A DNA stretch of 64,000 nt from Candidatus Freyarchaeum deiterrae (GTDB lineage Archaea; Asgardarchaeota; Jordiarchaeia; Jordiarchaeales; Jordiarchaeaceae), in contig CP147778.1 in the NCBI GenBank assembly GCA_037305845.1, forward strand, positions 1,312,001 through 1,376,000. The letters are read 5' to 3'. A model generated the notes under the pieces. It saw nothing but the letters and a program-made list of their open reading frames with translations. It did no database searches and was not told the origin of the DNA. A program made the position numbers and the translations under genes. Each line of letters begins with the position of its first letter. Position 1 is the first letter of the stretch. Positions 10,207 through 19,036 of this stretch are shown piece after piece.

Positions 10207-11280
10207 ATGCATATGAAGGGTTTACTATTAGCTGGTGGGCATGGGACCCGTTTGAGGCCCCTCACACACACTGGAAATAAGCATATGTTACCCGTAGCGA
10301 ATAAGCCAATCATTATTTACGGGTTAGAACATTTGAGAAACACGGGTATACGGGATATCGGAATAGTTCTGGGACCTATAAAAGAAGGAGTGAAAGAGTT
10401 GATTGGGGATGGTTCCAAGTTTGGTGTTAGAGTTTCCTATATTGAGCAGGATGAACCAAGGGGTTTGGCTCACGCGGTTAAGGTTTCTCAAGATTTCCTT
10501 GGTGAGGATCCTTTTGTAATGTATTTGGGGGATAACCTTCTTAAAAGCGGGATAGAGTCTCTCCTAGACGATTTTAAAAAGACTAATCCAGAGGCGGTTA
10601 TCGCGGTTGCTAAGGTGAGGGATCCTCAAAGGTTTGGAATAGTGGAGATGGAGGGTAATAAGATTGTCCGACTTGTTGAAAAGCCCAAATTTCCAAAAAG
10701 TGACTTGGCTCTCGTCGGCGTGTATCTCTTTCATTCCTCGATTTTTGATGCCATTGAAAAAATTAAGCCGTCTTGGAGGAATGAGCTTGAGATTACCGAC
10801 GCTATACAAGAGCTGATAAACTCCAATTATGATATTCATGTTCATTTTGTTTCCGGCTGGTGGAAAGATACAGGAAAGCCGGAAGATCTTTTAGAAGCTA
10901 ACCAACTTGTTCTAAGTGATATTGAACCAAGAAACGAGGGGGAAATTCACGAAAATGTCATAATACAAGGGAACGTGCAAATTGGTGCAGGTACAATTAT
11001 TCATAAGGGATGCTGTTTGAGAGGGCCAATAATTATCGGAGAAAGATGCGAGATAGGACCTAACACCTACATCGGCCCTTATACCTCCATCGACAATAAT
11101 GTAATCATATGTGGAGGAGAAGTAGAATACTCCATAGTTATGCCCGAGACAAAAATTGTTTGCGAAAAAAGAATTGTTAACAGCATAATAGGAAGAAACG
11201 TGTCCATTATTTCTTCAAATAAGGACATTCCCAGCGGTCACAGGTTAGTTATAGGCGACAACTCTTTTGTGAGCTTGTAA
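10207..11280 (+). CDS. Glucose-1-phosphate thymidylyltransferase, long form with C-terminal left-handed beta-helix
   Basis: LLAGGHGTRLRPLT, YLGDN, VEKP, ELEITDAIQ, WWKDTG, hexapeptide repeats. Confidence 0.9.
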   Translation: MHMKGLLLAGGHGTRLRPLTHTGNKHMLPVANKPIIIYGLEHLRNTGIRDIGIVLGPIKEGVKELIGDGSKFGVRVSYIEQDEPRGLAHAVKVSQDFLGEDPFVMYLGDNLLKSGIESLLDDFKKTNPEAVIAVAKVRDPQRFGIVEMEGNKIVRLVEKPKFPKSDLALVGVYLFHSSIFDAIEKIKPSWRNELEITDAIQELINSNYDIHVHFVSGWWKDTGKPEDLLEANQLVLSDIEPRNEGEIHENVIIQGNVQIGAGTIIHKGCCLRGPIIIGERCEIGPNTYIGPYTSIDNNVIICGGEVEYSIVMPETKIVCEKRIVNSIIGRNVSIISSNKDIPSGHRLVIGDNSFVSL

Positions 11281-11352
11281 AAAATTAGATGTCTCCTTAT
11301 CCGCTATAGAAAGCTTATTTAGGGGAAAGTCCCGTACTTTAGAAAGTAATAT

Positions 11353-13002
11353 ATGGCGCACGGTGTAACTAAATTGTCCAAAGAGCGGGCTAGAGTTTTT
11401 TCAGGAACTCTATATAATTATCTTACTCTACTACTTTTGGTTTTACTAACTGCTATCAATACTATTGTTATCGCAAATAATATTGGTAACGGTCTTTATG
11501 GAAGTTTTAGTATTGGGACAACTTTGCTTGATTTACTTACGGGTATTAGTTATGTTGGTATGAGCGCTTCGTTGATACGTTTTGTTCCCGATTTTCTTGT
11601 TAGGAAAAAATTTGGCTATGTTAAGACCGCTGTTAGTACTGCAAGTATTGTAATTCTTTTGGCCACTGGGGTACTGTCGGTTATTAGTTTTTTTGCAGCA
11701 CCATATATTGCTAACAATGTTTTTCACAATTATTGGTTAACGCCCGTTCTTCAATTGTTGGTTTTAACTTTTCCTTTGTTAAGTGTTAACATTATTTTTG
11801 GTGCTATTCTGGCTGCTTTTCAGCGATTCGGTATATCTATGGTTATGAGAGTCGTAGATATTTCAGTTTATTTTCTTTTTGCTTTTATTTTTCTTGGACT
11901 TGGGCTTAGTATTGTAGGCGTGATATACGCGTTTGCTATTGGATATGCTTTTTCTGGATTGTTTGGTTTTGCTTTTTCTTTGAAGGAAATAAGGAAGAGG
12001 GCTAAAATAGATAAGGGATTTAAGATTTTCGATTCCCACCTTTTTAGGGAGATGTTTAGTTTTGGTAAGTGGGATTATGGTATGTCTTTTATTAATCTTG
12101 GGTTCACGCGTTTTAATGAGCTTCTTATAGGTGTATTTCTTACAATAGCAACTTTAGGTGTATATGCAATTGGTCAAACATTCGCTTCAATCCTAGGCTA
12201 TATAGGATCTGCTCTTGCGACTACTTTGAATCCCTATCTTTCGGAGTTAACAGCTATTAATATGAAAAAAAGGGTTGTAAATTTGATGAAGACGTCGACA
12301 GGATACTCGTTAATTTTGTCATTATTATTTTCAGCTCCATTAATAGTGTTTTCGTATCAAATATTTGATGCATTCTTTTCCCAGGATTTCCTTTTGGCTG
12401 TGGACCCAGCGAAAATTCTTATTATTGGTTTTGTTGTGTCTAATATTTCTGGACCAGTGGGATCGTATTTCTTTGCTAGAAAGAAACTTTGGGTAAACTT
12501 TTCAATTCTCCTTGTTTCTTTGCTCACGGGAGTTGGGTTGAGCGTTTTACTTATTCCAATTTTTAGTATGTATGGATTAAATCAAGCTATGGGAATGATT
12601 GGAGCTGCGATTGGTCTTGTTTATAGTGGGATGCAAGCTATGGGAATGATTGGAGCTGCGATTGGTCTTGTTTATAGTGGGATGCAAGCTATGGGAATGA
12701 TTGGAGCTGCGATTGGTCTTGTTTTTGGTTGGATAGTTAATGCAGTATTATACGCATTTTTCACCAAGAGGTACTTTAAGATTAATATTTTGGAAAAAAA
12801 ATCTGCGATTTCGGCGGCTTTATTCGTGGGAGGACTTTTGGTTCTTGGTCTTCTCACTAATATTTATTTTGGATTATCTGTTTTGGGTTTAGTTATATTT
12901 GAAGTTGCTGTAGTGTTTGTATATAGGCGTGAGTTGCGGAGCATTGCCAAAACTGCTGAGGCCTATTTGTTACCCTCGCAGAAAAAAGTAACCAGTAAAT
13001 AG
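11353..13002 (+). CDS. Oligosaccharide flippase (Wzx/RfbX, MOP superfamily)
   Basis: Multi-pass hydrophobic protein with G.Y..G/A patterns typical of MOP flippases, inside a glycan locus. Confidence 0.8.
   Translation: MAHGVTKLSKERARVFSGTLYNYLTLLLLVLLTAINTIVIANNIGNGLYGSFSIGTTLLDLLTGISYVGMSASLIRFVPDFLVRKKFGYVKTAVSTASIVILLATGVLSVISFFAAPYIANNVFHNYWLTPVLQLLVLTFPLLSVNIIFGAILAAFQRFGISMVMRVVDISVYFLFAFIFLGLGLSIVGVIYAFAIGYAFSGLFGFAFSLKEIRKRAKIDKGFKIFDSHLFREMFSFGKWDYGMSFINLGFTRFNELLIGVFLTIATLGVYAIGQTFASILGYIGSALATTLNPYLSELTAINMKKRVVNLMKTSTGYSLILSLLFSAPLIVFSYQIFDAFFSQDFLLAVDPAKILIIGFVVSNISGPVGSYFFARKKLWVNFSILLVSLLTGVGLSVLLIPIFSMYGLNQAMGMIGAAIGLVYSGMQAMGMIGAAIGLVYSGMQAMGMIGAAIGLVFGWIVNAVLYAFFTKRYFKINILEKKSAISAALFVGGLLVLGLLTNIYFGLSVLGLVIFEVAVVFVYRRELRSIAKTAEAYLLPSQKKVTSK
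12583..12724 (+). repeat. In-frame perfect 51-nt tandem repeat (2 full copies plus a 40-nt partial copy)
   Basis: The unit caagctatgggaatgattggagctgcgattggtcttgtttatagtgggatg starts at 12583, 12634 and 12685 and encodes QAMGMIGAAIGLVYSGM. Confidence 0.95.
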
Positions 13003-13159
13003 GGAAGTATGAAGGTAGTCACTTTTTATGGGTTTTCTAATTCCATTATTAATGTCTTCTAGAGGAGCTATTTAAAAAATTCTAAAAAGTAATATATGCA
13101 ACTCGATAATTCACAGTCAGTGATAAATCGGAAACTGAGCATTACATGGAGAGATTTTA

Positions 13160-14305
13160 ATGAATGTTTCCATTGTAGTTCCACACTTTGAATTGTTTGT
13201 GGCGAGCAATGAATACGGGCTTGCTAAGAGCCTAGCGGAGTTGGGGCATAAGGTTAACATTATTACCACGAGCCAAAAATCCGCCCGTGAGCCAATGGAT
13301 ATAAAAAAATTTCAAGAATCTGTTCACCTTAACTTTAAAGTAAATTATGTTCCAAGTTTAATAGATTTCTTCTGGCGAGAAAACCCTATTGTTTACGGAA
13401 TATCTGAGTACATTGGAGAAAGTGATGTGGTATTATTGCAAGAGGACTACAACTTCATTTGCCACAAGGCTTTTCATGAATGCAAGAATAAAAAGATTCC
13501 TACTACTCTTTCGATTGAACGCATCAACTTACCTAAAAATTTTTTAAGACGAAAATTTTACAAGCTGTTTGATTTGGCTACAAACAAGAAACTGCGAGAA
13601 GGTGTTGCTGCTATTACTGCTCATAGCACAGCCACTAAAAAATTCTGGATCAATGAGTTGAGGGTTAAAAGGAACATTGAAGTGATACAAGTGGGGGTTG
13701 ATACACGAATATTCCAACCCAAAAAAGTAGAGAAATTAGACCTCAATGAGGGAAAGTTCAAGATACTAACTGTGGCTCGCGTGAAGCCGTTTAAGGGGTT
13801 GAGGTACCTAATAGGAGCGATGGTGTACGTTTCCAAGAGAGTTTCTGGTGTCAGATGCTATATTCTGGGTAAGGGTCCGGAGAGAGGAAAGCTTGAAAAA
13901 CTTGTTAATGAGCTGCAGTTGAACCGTGTTGTCAGCTTTATCGATAAATCGATTCCAAACCTGCAGATGCCAGAGTTCTACTCGCAGTGTGATCTCTATG
14001 TTCAGCCGAGTATTATTGAACCCTTTGGTATAGCCGTGCTGGAGGCTATGGCGTGTGGAAAACCTGTGGTCGGAACCAATGTTGGTGGTATGCTGGACAC
14101 TATCGATGATGGTACAAGTGGGTATCGTGTGGAACCAATGAATTCCAGAGAATTAGGGGAAAAAATTACCAAGCTGCTTCTTGACCCAGAAAAAATGGAG
14201 GAAATGGGTAAAAACGCCAGAGAGCGTGCTAAAAAATTTGATTGGAAGATAATCGGGCAAAGGTATAACAAATTGATAGAAAGGGTAGTTCAGAAAGAGG
14301 TATAA
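13160..14305 (+). CDS. Glycosyltransferase family 4 (GT-B)
   Basis: KG..YLI.A and EPFGIAVLEAMACGKPVV motifs. Confidence 0.92.
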   Translation: MNVSIVVPHFELFVASNEYGLAKSLAELGHKVNIITTSQKSAREPMDIKKFQESVHLNFKVNYVPSLIDFFWRENPIVYGISEYIGESDVVLLQEDYNFICHKAFHECKNKKIPTTLSIERINLPKNFLRRKFYKLFDLATNKKLREGVAAITAHSTATKKFWINELRVKRNIEVIQVGVDTRIFQPKKVEKLDLNEGKFKILTVARVKPFKGLRYLIGAMVYVSKRVSGVRCYILGKGPERGKLEKLVNELQLNRVVSFIDKSIPNLQMPEFYSQCDLYVQPSIIEPFGIAVLEAMACGKPVVGTNVGGMLDTIDDGTSGYRVEPMNSRELGEKITKLLLDPEKMEEMGKNARERAKKFDWKIIGQRYNKLIERVVQKEV

Positions 14306-14638
14306 AAGGTCCTAGTGGAGAGGGAAATGCAGCGATTTTTTTACAAGCTCACAAAAGAACCGCTGCCTATAAAAAAGGTAGCTTGAATTCACTTATTATT
14401 TAATTATTGATAAAAACAGTTTACTGCTTTCAGGTTAGAATATATCAATTAGAAGGGAAACCGATTTGTGCCTCATTTAGAGGCGCACGAAACGAAGATA
14501 AAAAAATTACATGATATGACTTTTTATCCCATAATGCTTAAAAATAGAAAAGTTAGTATAAATAAAACAGCAAAAGTGGAAAACCGTATCCGAGAAAACA
14601 AGCGTTAAATGTTTTATTGCGAAGCATGACAAGCTAGA

Positions 14639-14821
14639 GCCGGGGTAGTCTAGGATCACGTAGCCGTAGAATCGCGTGGTGGATAGCGGCGAGGCGCCGG
14701 ACAGTTTTTGCCCGGAATGCAGATTCGGTATTTCCGGCTTGGATTTAAGCTTGGGCCGAAACCAGGGTTCAAAATCTTTGGAGCTTTGCCTCCAGTGAGG
14801 AATTTCCCTGCCCCGGCTCCA
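14639..14821 (+). tRNA. tRNA-Cys (GCA) with four introns; exons 14639-14653, 14687-14702, 14718-14731, 14761-14773, 14805-14821; CCA encoded
   Basis: The spliced exons give a 75-nt cloverleaf: GCCGGGG TA GTCT AGCGGCG AGGC G CCGGA CT GCA GA TTCGG TATAC CAGGG TTCAAAT CCCTG CCCCGGC T CCA. Each insertion has a 4-bp helix with 3-nt bulge geometry. The gene is adjacent to SepCysE/SepCysS. Confidence 0.9.
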
Positions 14822-14993
14822 AATAAACCATCAAAAAATTTGAAGTGGAATCCAAAAATTTTAATTGTGTTAATAGGATTTAGAAACAAAATCTAATTGG
14901 AACCGGAATGGGGAAGCGATAGGTAATTATGATTATTAATAGAGATTACTTTAGATGTTATAGCGTAACTAGCTTTTGGCATAATCTGAACTA

Positions 14994-15641
14994 TTGAAGG
15001 ATAGGTTGGTGAGTGGACTGGTGAATTTTGGAAGAGAGGATATCGTTAGAATTAACAGTGCTCTTGACGCCTTAGTTGCTATTTTATGTGAAGTTAGAGC
15101 CTTCGTGCCGAGTTATAATTTCGATTCTGCGGCCGAAGAGGACATCAGAAAACTTCTAAAAACGGTACAGGACGCCCTAAACGTGACAATGGGGAAATTA
15201 GGCTTGGAACAGCCGCAAGAGAGGGAGAGGATTGAATTTAAAACAATTGATTTCACAGGTATTCTTTTCATTACTGTTTCCTCATCTACGAGGAGAAAGC
15301 TTTTGGATTTGGGAGTTGATCCTAAATTCGTTGTGGTAACTGGTGGACCTTTGAATGCGATGGATGTTAAGAGTTTGAATCCTAGCATTCCTGAAGAGGC
15401 TCTTGAGACAGTTAGAAGGAAGGTGGAGGGAGTTTGGCGGGACATAGAGAAGAGGGCGCCTGAGGCGAATAAGATTCTGGTTCTTGCTGAGAGGGATAAT
15501 AAAGGTGATTTAATGGTCTCTGAAAGATCGGGGGAGATTCAGAAAAGAACAGGTTTGAAGACTTTTGTTAAGGCCTTTTCTAGCCTTCAGGATTTGTCAG
15601 GAGAATTTTTTGAAGAATTTTTGGGTGATGTTAATGTTTGA
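14994..15641 (+). CDS. SepCysE-like transsulfursome scaffold (DUF2100 family)
   Basis: APSY-like (VPSYNFD) N-terminal helical domain, TGGPL...D.K.LNP.IP motif, and overlap with the SepCysS start. Confidence 0.75.
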   Translation: MKDRLVSGLVNFGREDIVRINSALDALVAILCEVRAFVPSYNFDSAAEEDIRKLLKTVQDALNVTMGKLGLEQPQERERIEFKTIDFTGILFITVSSSTRRKLLDLGVDPKFVVVTGGPLNAMDVKSLNPSIPEEALETVRRKVEGVWRDIEKRAPEANKILVLAERDNKGDLMVSERSGEIQKRTGLKTFVKAFSSLQDLSGEFFEEFLGDVNV

Positions 15642-16833
15642 TGAAAGGGTATTAGAGAAATATAAGAACTTGACTCGAGGTGTCGAGGAGAATCTGATAA
15701 ATCTTCATCCTATTCAATCCGGAGGAAGAGCTGGTGATTACCCAGGTGTTGTTCAGGCTGTTTTGAGGTTTGTTGATGGTTATAGTGTCTGTGATTTTTG
15801 CATGAAAGGAAGATTAGACCTTGTGGAGTCTCCTCCGCTCTGCGATTTTCATAATGACATCGCCGCGTTTTTGGATATGGATAAAGCTAGACTTTTCCCG
15901 GGTTGCCGCCAGGCTCAATACGCCACATTCCACGCATTGGTTAAACCTGAGGATACCATTATTATAGATTCCTTAGCGCATTACAGCACCTATCTGAGTG
16001 CTGAGCGGGTTGGGGCAAATATTGTTGAGGTTCCTCATTCGGGACCTCCAGAGTTTGATCTTTTTTTGGATGCTTACACTGAGAAGATTGAGGAGATTAA
16101 GAAAGAAACCGGTAAATGGCCGGCTTTGGCATTTTTGACACATGTTGATTATAACTATGGGAATGTTTTTGATGCAAAAAATGTGGGAAAGATTTTACAT
16201 GATTACGGTATTCCTTTTGTTTTGAACGGTGCCTATACTATTGGGCGAATGCCAGTCTCTGGTAAAGACTTGGGCGCTGATGTTTTGACAGCCTCACTAC
16301 ACAAATCTTTTGCTTCCCCAGCACCCTCTGGGCTTCTACTAGCTAATGAGGGCTATACTGACGTGGTTTTCAAAAACTCATCAATCAGGGGGCCTTGGAG
16401 CGGTAGGAATTTTGGGAATAAAGAAGTTGAAACTCTGGGATGCACTTTGCCAGGTTGTGTAGCCGTTGGAGTCATGGCAGCTTTTCCGTATGTTGCAGAG
16501 CGTATTAAGCATTGGGATGAGGAGGTTAAGAAGGCAAGATACTTCATAGAACAGTTAGAGAGAATAAAGGGTATCAAGCAGCTTGGACAGCGCCCGCACA
16601 ACCATGATCTGATACACTTTGAAAGTGAATCATTCTTTGAGATATCAAAGAACCATCCTCGAAAAGGCTTCTTTCTTTACGAAGAACTGAGGGAAAGAGG
16701 TGTAACAGGAGTACAACCAGGCTTATCAACGGCCTTCAAAGTGTCAACTTATGGAAAAACATGGGATCAGATTAAACTAGCAACGGAAGCCTTCTTGAAC
16801 ATCGCTCAAAAACATAATATTCCAACATATTGA
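15634..16833 (+). CDS. pscS: O-phospho-L-seryl-tRNA:Cys-tRNA synthase (SepCysS)
   Basis: INLHPIQSGG, DGYSVCDFC, AHYST, THVDYNYGN, SLHKS (PLP Lys), LGCT. Start reassigned to ATG 15634 after GGTGA. Confidence 0.93.
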   Translation: MFDERVLEKYKNLTRGVEENLINLHPIQSGGRAGDYPGVVQAVLRFVDGYSVCDFCMKGRLDLVESPPLCDFHNDIAAFLDMDKARLFPGCRQAQYATFHALVKPEDTIIIDSLAHYSTYLSAERVGANIVEVPHSGPPEFDLFLDAYTEKIEEIKKETGKWPALAFLTHVDYNYGNVFDAKNVGKILHDYGIPFVLNGAYTIGRMPVSGKDLGADVLTASLHKSFASPAPSGLLLANEGYTDVVFKNSSIRGPWSGRNFGNKEVETLGCTLPGCVAVGVMAAFPYVAERIKHWDEEVKKARYFIEQLERIKGIKQLGQRPHNHDLIHFESESFFEISKNHPRKGFFLYEELRERGVTGVQPGLSTAFKVSTYGKTWDQIKLATEAFLNIAQKHNIPTY

Positions 16834-16928
16834 AAATGCGAAATTATTGAATAAGTAAAAGGTGTAAAAAGCCTACCATCTACGAAACTAGGGAATTTAC
16901 TAAATAGTTATTTTTCGTGGTTGAGGGT

Positions 16929-17342
16929 TTAGATTTTGTATTTTTCTCGGTATTGGGATAACATGTTTTGGATTTCGTTGTTTTGTTGAACGCTTCCTCG
17001 GAGAATGTCAAACACCTTATCTATTTTAACTCCTCCGATATTATGTCTAATTTTTAGATTTGATTTCATGTCTTGGAAGGAAGCTTTCCCTTGCAAGAGG
17101 TCGAGATATGAGCTAAGAGGTGCTACGTATTCAGCCTGATAGTCCGGTATTTTGCAAGGTGTTATAGAAATCTTTCCTTTTCCGAGAATTAGGGTAAATT
17201 CCATTTCACTATTTTGTTCTGGAATCGCTGTGATTTTCTCGTAAATCTTGATTTTTGGTATGACCTCAAGAAATTCTGAATTTTTCTTTTCACAGGGTAT
17301 TGTTCTTTCGAATATGTGTTTGAAGATGTTTAATAAATCCAT
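16929..17342 (-). CDS. Hypothetical protein, possible SCP2 sterol-carrier-like domain
   Basis: FTLILGKGKISI...YLDLLQGKASFQ...LKI resembles the SCP2 fold pattern; weak. Confidence 0.4.
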   Translation of the reverse strand: MDLLNIFKHIFERTIPCEKKNSEFLEVIPKIKIYEKITAIPEQNSEMEFTLILGKGKISITPCKIPDYQAEYVAPLSSYLDLLQGKASFQDMKSNLKIRHNIGGVKIDKVFDILRGSVQQNNEIQNMLSQYREKYKI

Positions 17343-17474
17343 AGGCTCAACCCGTATTTAATTCTCTATTTAGGGGAATGTCGTATTTTTAGTATTTAAA
17401 TTTGTTCTTTAAGATTTCCAAATTACTTTTAAAAAATTTATTTTAATAATAAATTCTTATTTAAAAAGATGAGG

Positions 17475-18752
17475 TTATGTTGCTTTTTCAGTTACCTTTC
17501 TAACTATATCCAAGAATTCACTCTTGTAAATTCCTGTGTGAAGCGTTCTCATTTTTTGTTTTACATCCATAAAACGGGCACGAACAATCTCTTTACTTTG
17601 CATCTCCTGTCTTTTCTTTAATTCATTAACTATCTCCCTCAGCTGGTCATCCGTAACTTCTATTCCATCTGACTGAAGTAAATAGCTTACAGAATGTTTA
17701 CCTGATTTTTTTCCGAGGAACACTTCGGTTTGCCGCCCTATGAGTTCTGGTGAGAACGGTTCGTAGGTTTGCTTATTTCTCATAAGTGCGTAAACGTGAA
17801 TTCCACTCTCATGTCTGAAACTGTTATCCCCTACAAGAGGCTTATGCGCGGAGAGTGGCAGTCCAAATGTTCTTTCGAATTTTTGAGAGACTTCGTAAAT
17901 TCGATCTAACTTTATGCCTGTATCAACTTTATACAGTAATTCTAGTGATACAACAACCTCTTCAAAGGCCGCGTTTCCACCCCGTTCTCCATATCCATTT
18001 ACACAGGTGTGAGGATAGACGACGCCTTCTTCAACGCCAGCAAGGGTGTTTGCCGTTGCCAATCCAAAATCATTATGGCAGTGAACAGAAAGGGGGATTT
18101 CCCTGTTGAATCTGACTTTTAATTCGTCTCTAATTCTGGACACAAGGTATTTCATAGATGCCGGACGCATAATGCCCAAGGTATCAGCTAATGCAATCTT
18201 GTCGGAGCCTACACTTACAGCAGCTTCACAAATTTTCATCAGCTCATCAAAATAAGCTCGAGTAGCATCCTCTGCGATGAAGTCCACAACCACACCATGA
18301 TCCTTTGCATAGGTTATGGCGTCAACCAGCATTTCGGTAGCTTCATCTACAGTTTTTCTTATTGAGTATTCTAGCAGAATCCTGCTGGTAGACATGAAAA
18401 TTGGGATTTCTTCAACATCACAATCCAGACACGCATCTATATCAGATCTCACCGGTCTCGCGGCAGCAGCAATCTTTGCGTTTACAAGGTTTTCTCTAGA
18501 AAGAGCCCTAACAACACTCTTTTCAGATTCGGATACTGCAGGATAACTCGGAACAATTACCTTAACGCCAATCTCATCTAATAGTTTGGAGAGTTCAACC
18601 TTCTCATCCACTGTTAGGAAAGTGCCTGGAGTTTGTTCACCGTCTCGCATGGTTTCGTCCCAAATAGCTACCTTTTTTGGCAAGTGTTTAGGTACTGTTT
18701 CTTGAACCTTATTGTAATCCATTATCAAATTTTCAGACGGTTCTAAAACCAT
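17475..18752 (-). CDS. Homocitrate synthase / isopropylmalate / citramalate synthase family (DRE-TIM), no LeuA regulatory domain
   Basis: DETMRDGEQTPG, HCHNDFGLATAN, NGYGERGGN, HESGIH, GKKSG. Confidence 0.85.
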   Translation of the reverse strand: MVLEPSENLIMDYNKVQETVPKHLPKKVAIWDETMRDGEQTPGTFLTVDEKVELSKLLDEIGVKVIVPSYPAVSESEKSVVRALSRENLVNAKIAAAARPVRSDIDACLDCDVEEIPIFMSTSRILLEYSIRKTVDEATEMLVDAITYAKDHGVVVDFIAEDATRAYFDELMKICEAAVSVGSDKIALADTLGIMRPASMKYLVSRIRDELKVRFNREIPLSVHCHNDFGLATANTLAGVEEGVVYPHTCVNGYGERGGNAAFEEVVVSLELLYKVDTGIKLDRIYEVSQKFERTFGLPLSAHKPLVGDNSFRHESGIHVYALMRNKQTYEPFSPELIGRQTEVFLGKKSGKHSVSYLLQSDGIEVTDDQLREIVNELKKRQEMQSKEIVRARFMDVKQKMRTLHTGIYKSEFLDIVRKVTEKAT

Positions 18753-19036
18753 TTTTTGAAACCACCAGAAGTTATAGAACAGAAAAACAATTGACTAAGA
18801 GTTTAAAAATTTTTTATTATGATTTCATCCAAAAGAACAAGTTTGCTTTCCTATTTTATGTTTTTGCTTCTTTTTTCATAATAATTTCTACTGCAAATTA
18901 TAAATAGGAGAATCTGTGCTAACCGAAAGCTATAAGCCTATAAATATATATAAAGATGTAAAAAGTTTTTCATAAAAAGGGTTTTATAAAGGAAATCTGG
19001 TAATCAGGAAATCTAGAGACGATTGGGACAAGGAGT

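Noticed and set aside
12583-12724. Repeat-spacer pattern resembling a mini CRISPR array
   Set aside because: The spacers are identical, only 11 nt and in frame within a membrane-protein gene, and no cas genes are present.
14639-14821. Possible tRNA-Sec or SRP/RNase P RNA
   Set aside because: The spliced product has a 7/5 fold, a GCA anticodon and a short variable loop, which defines tRNA-Cys.
14656-14896. Two short ORFs (77 aa and 62 aa) over the tRNA locus
   Set aside because: They overlap the intron-containing tRNA-Cys and have no protein-like features.
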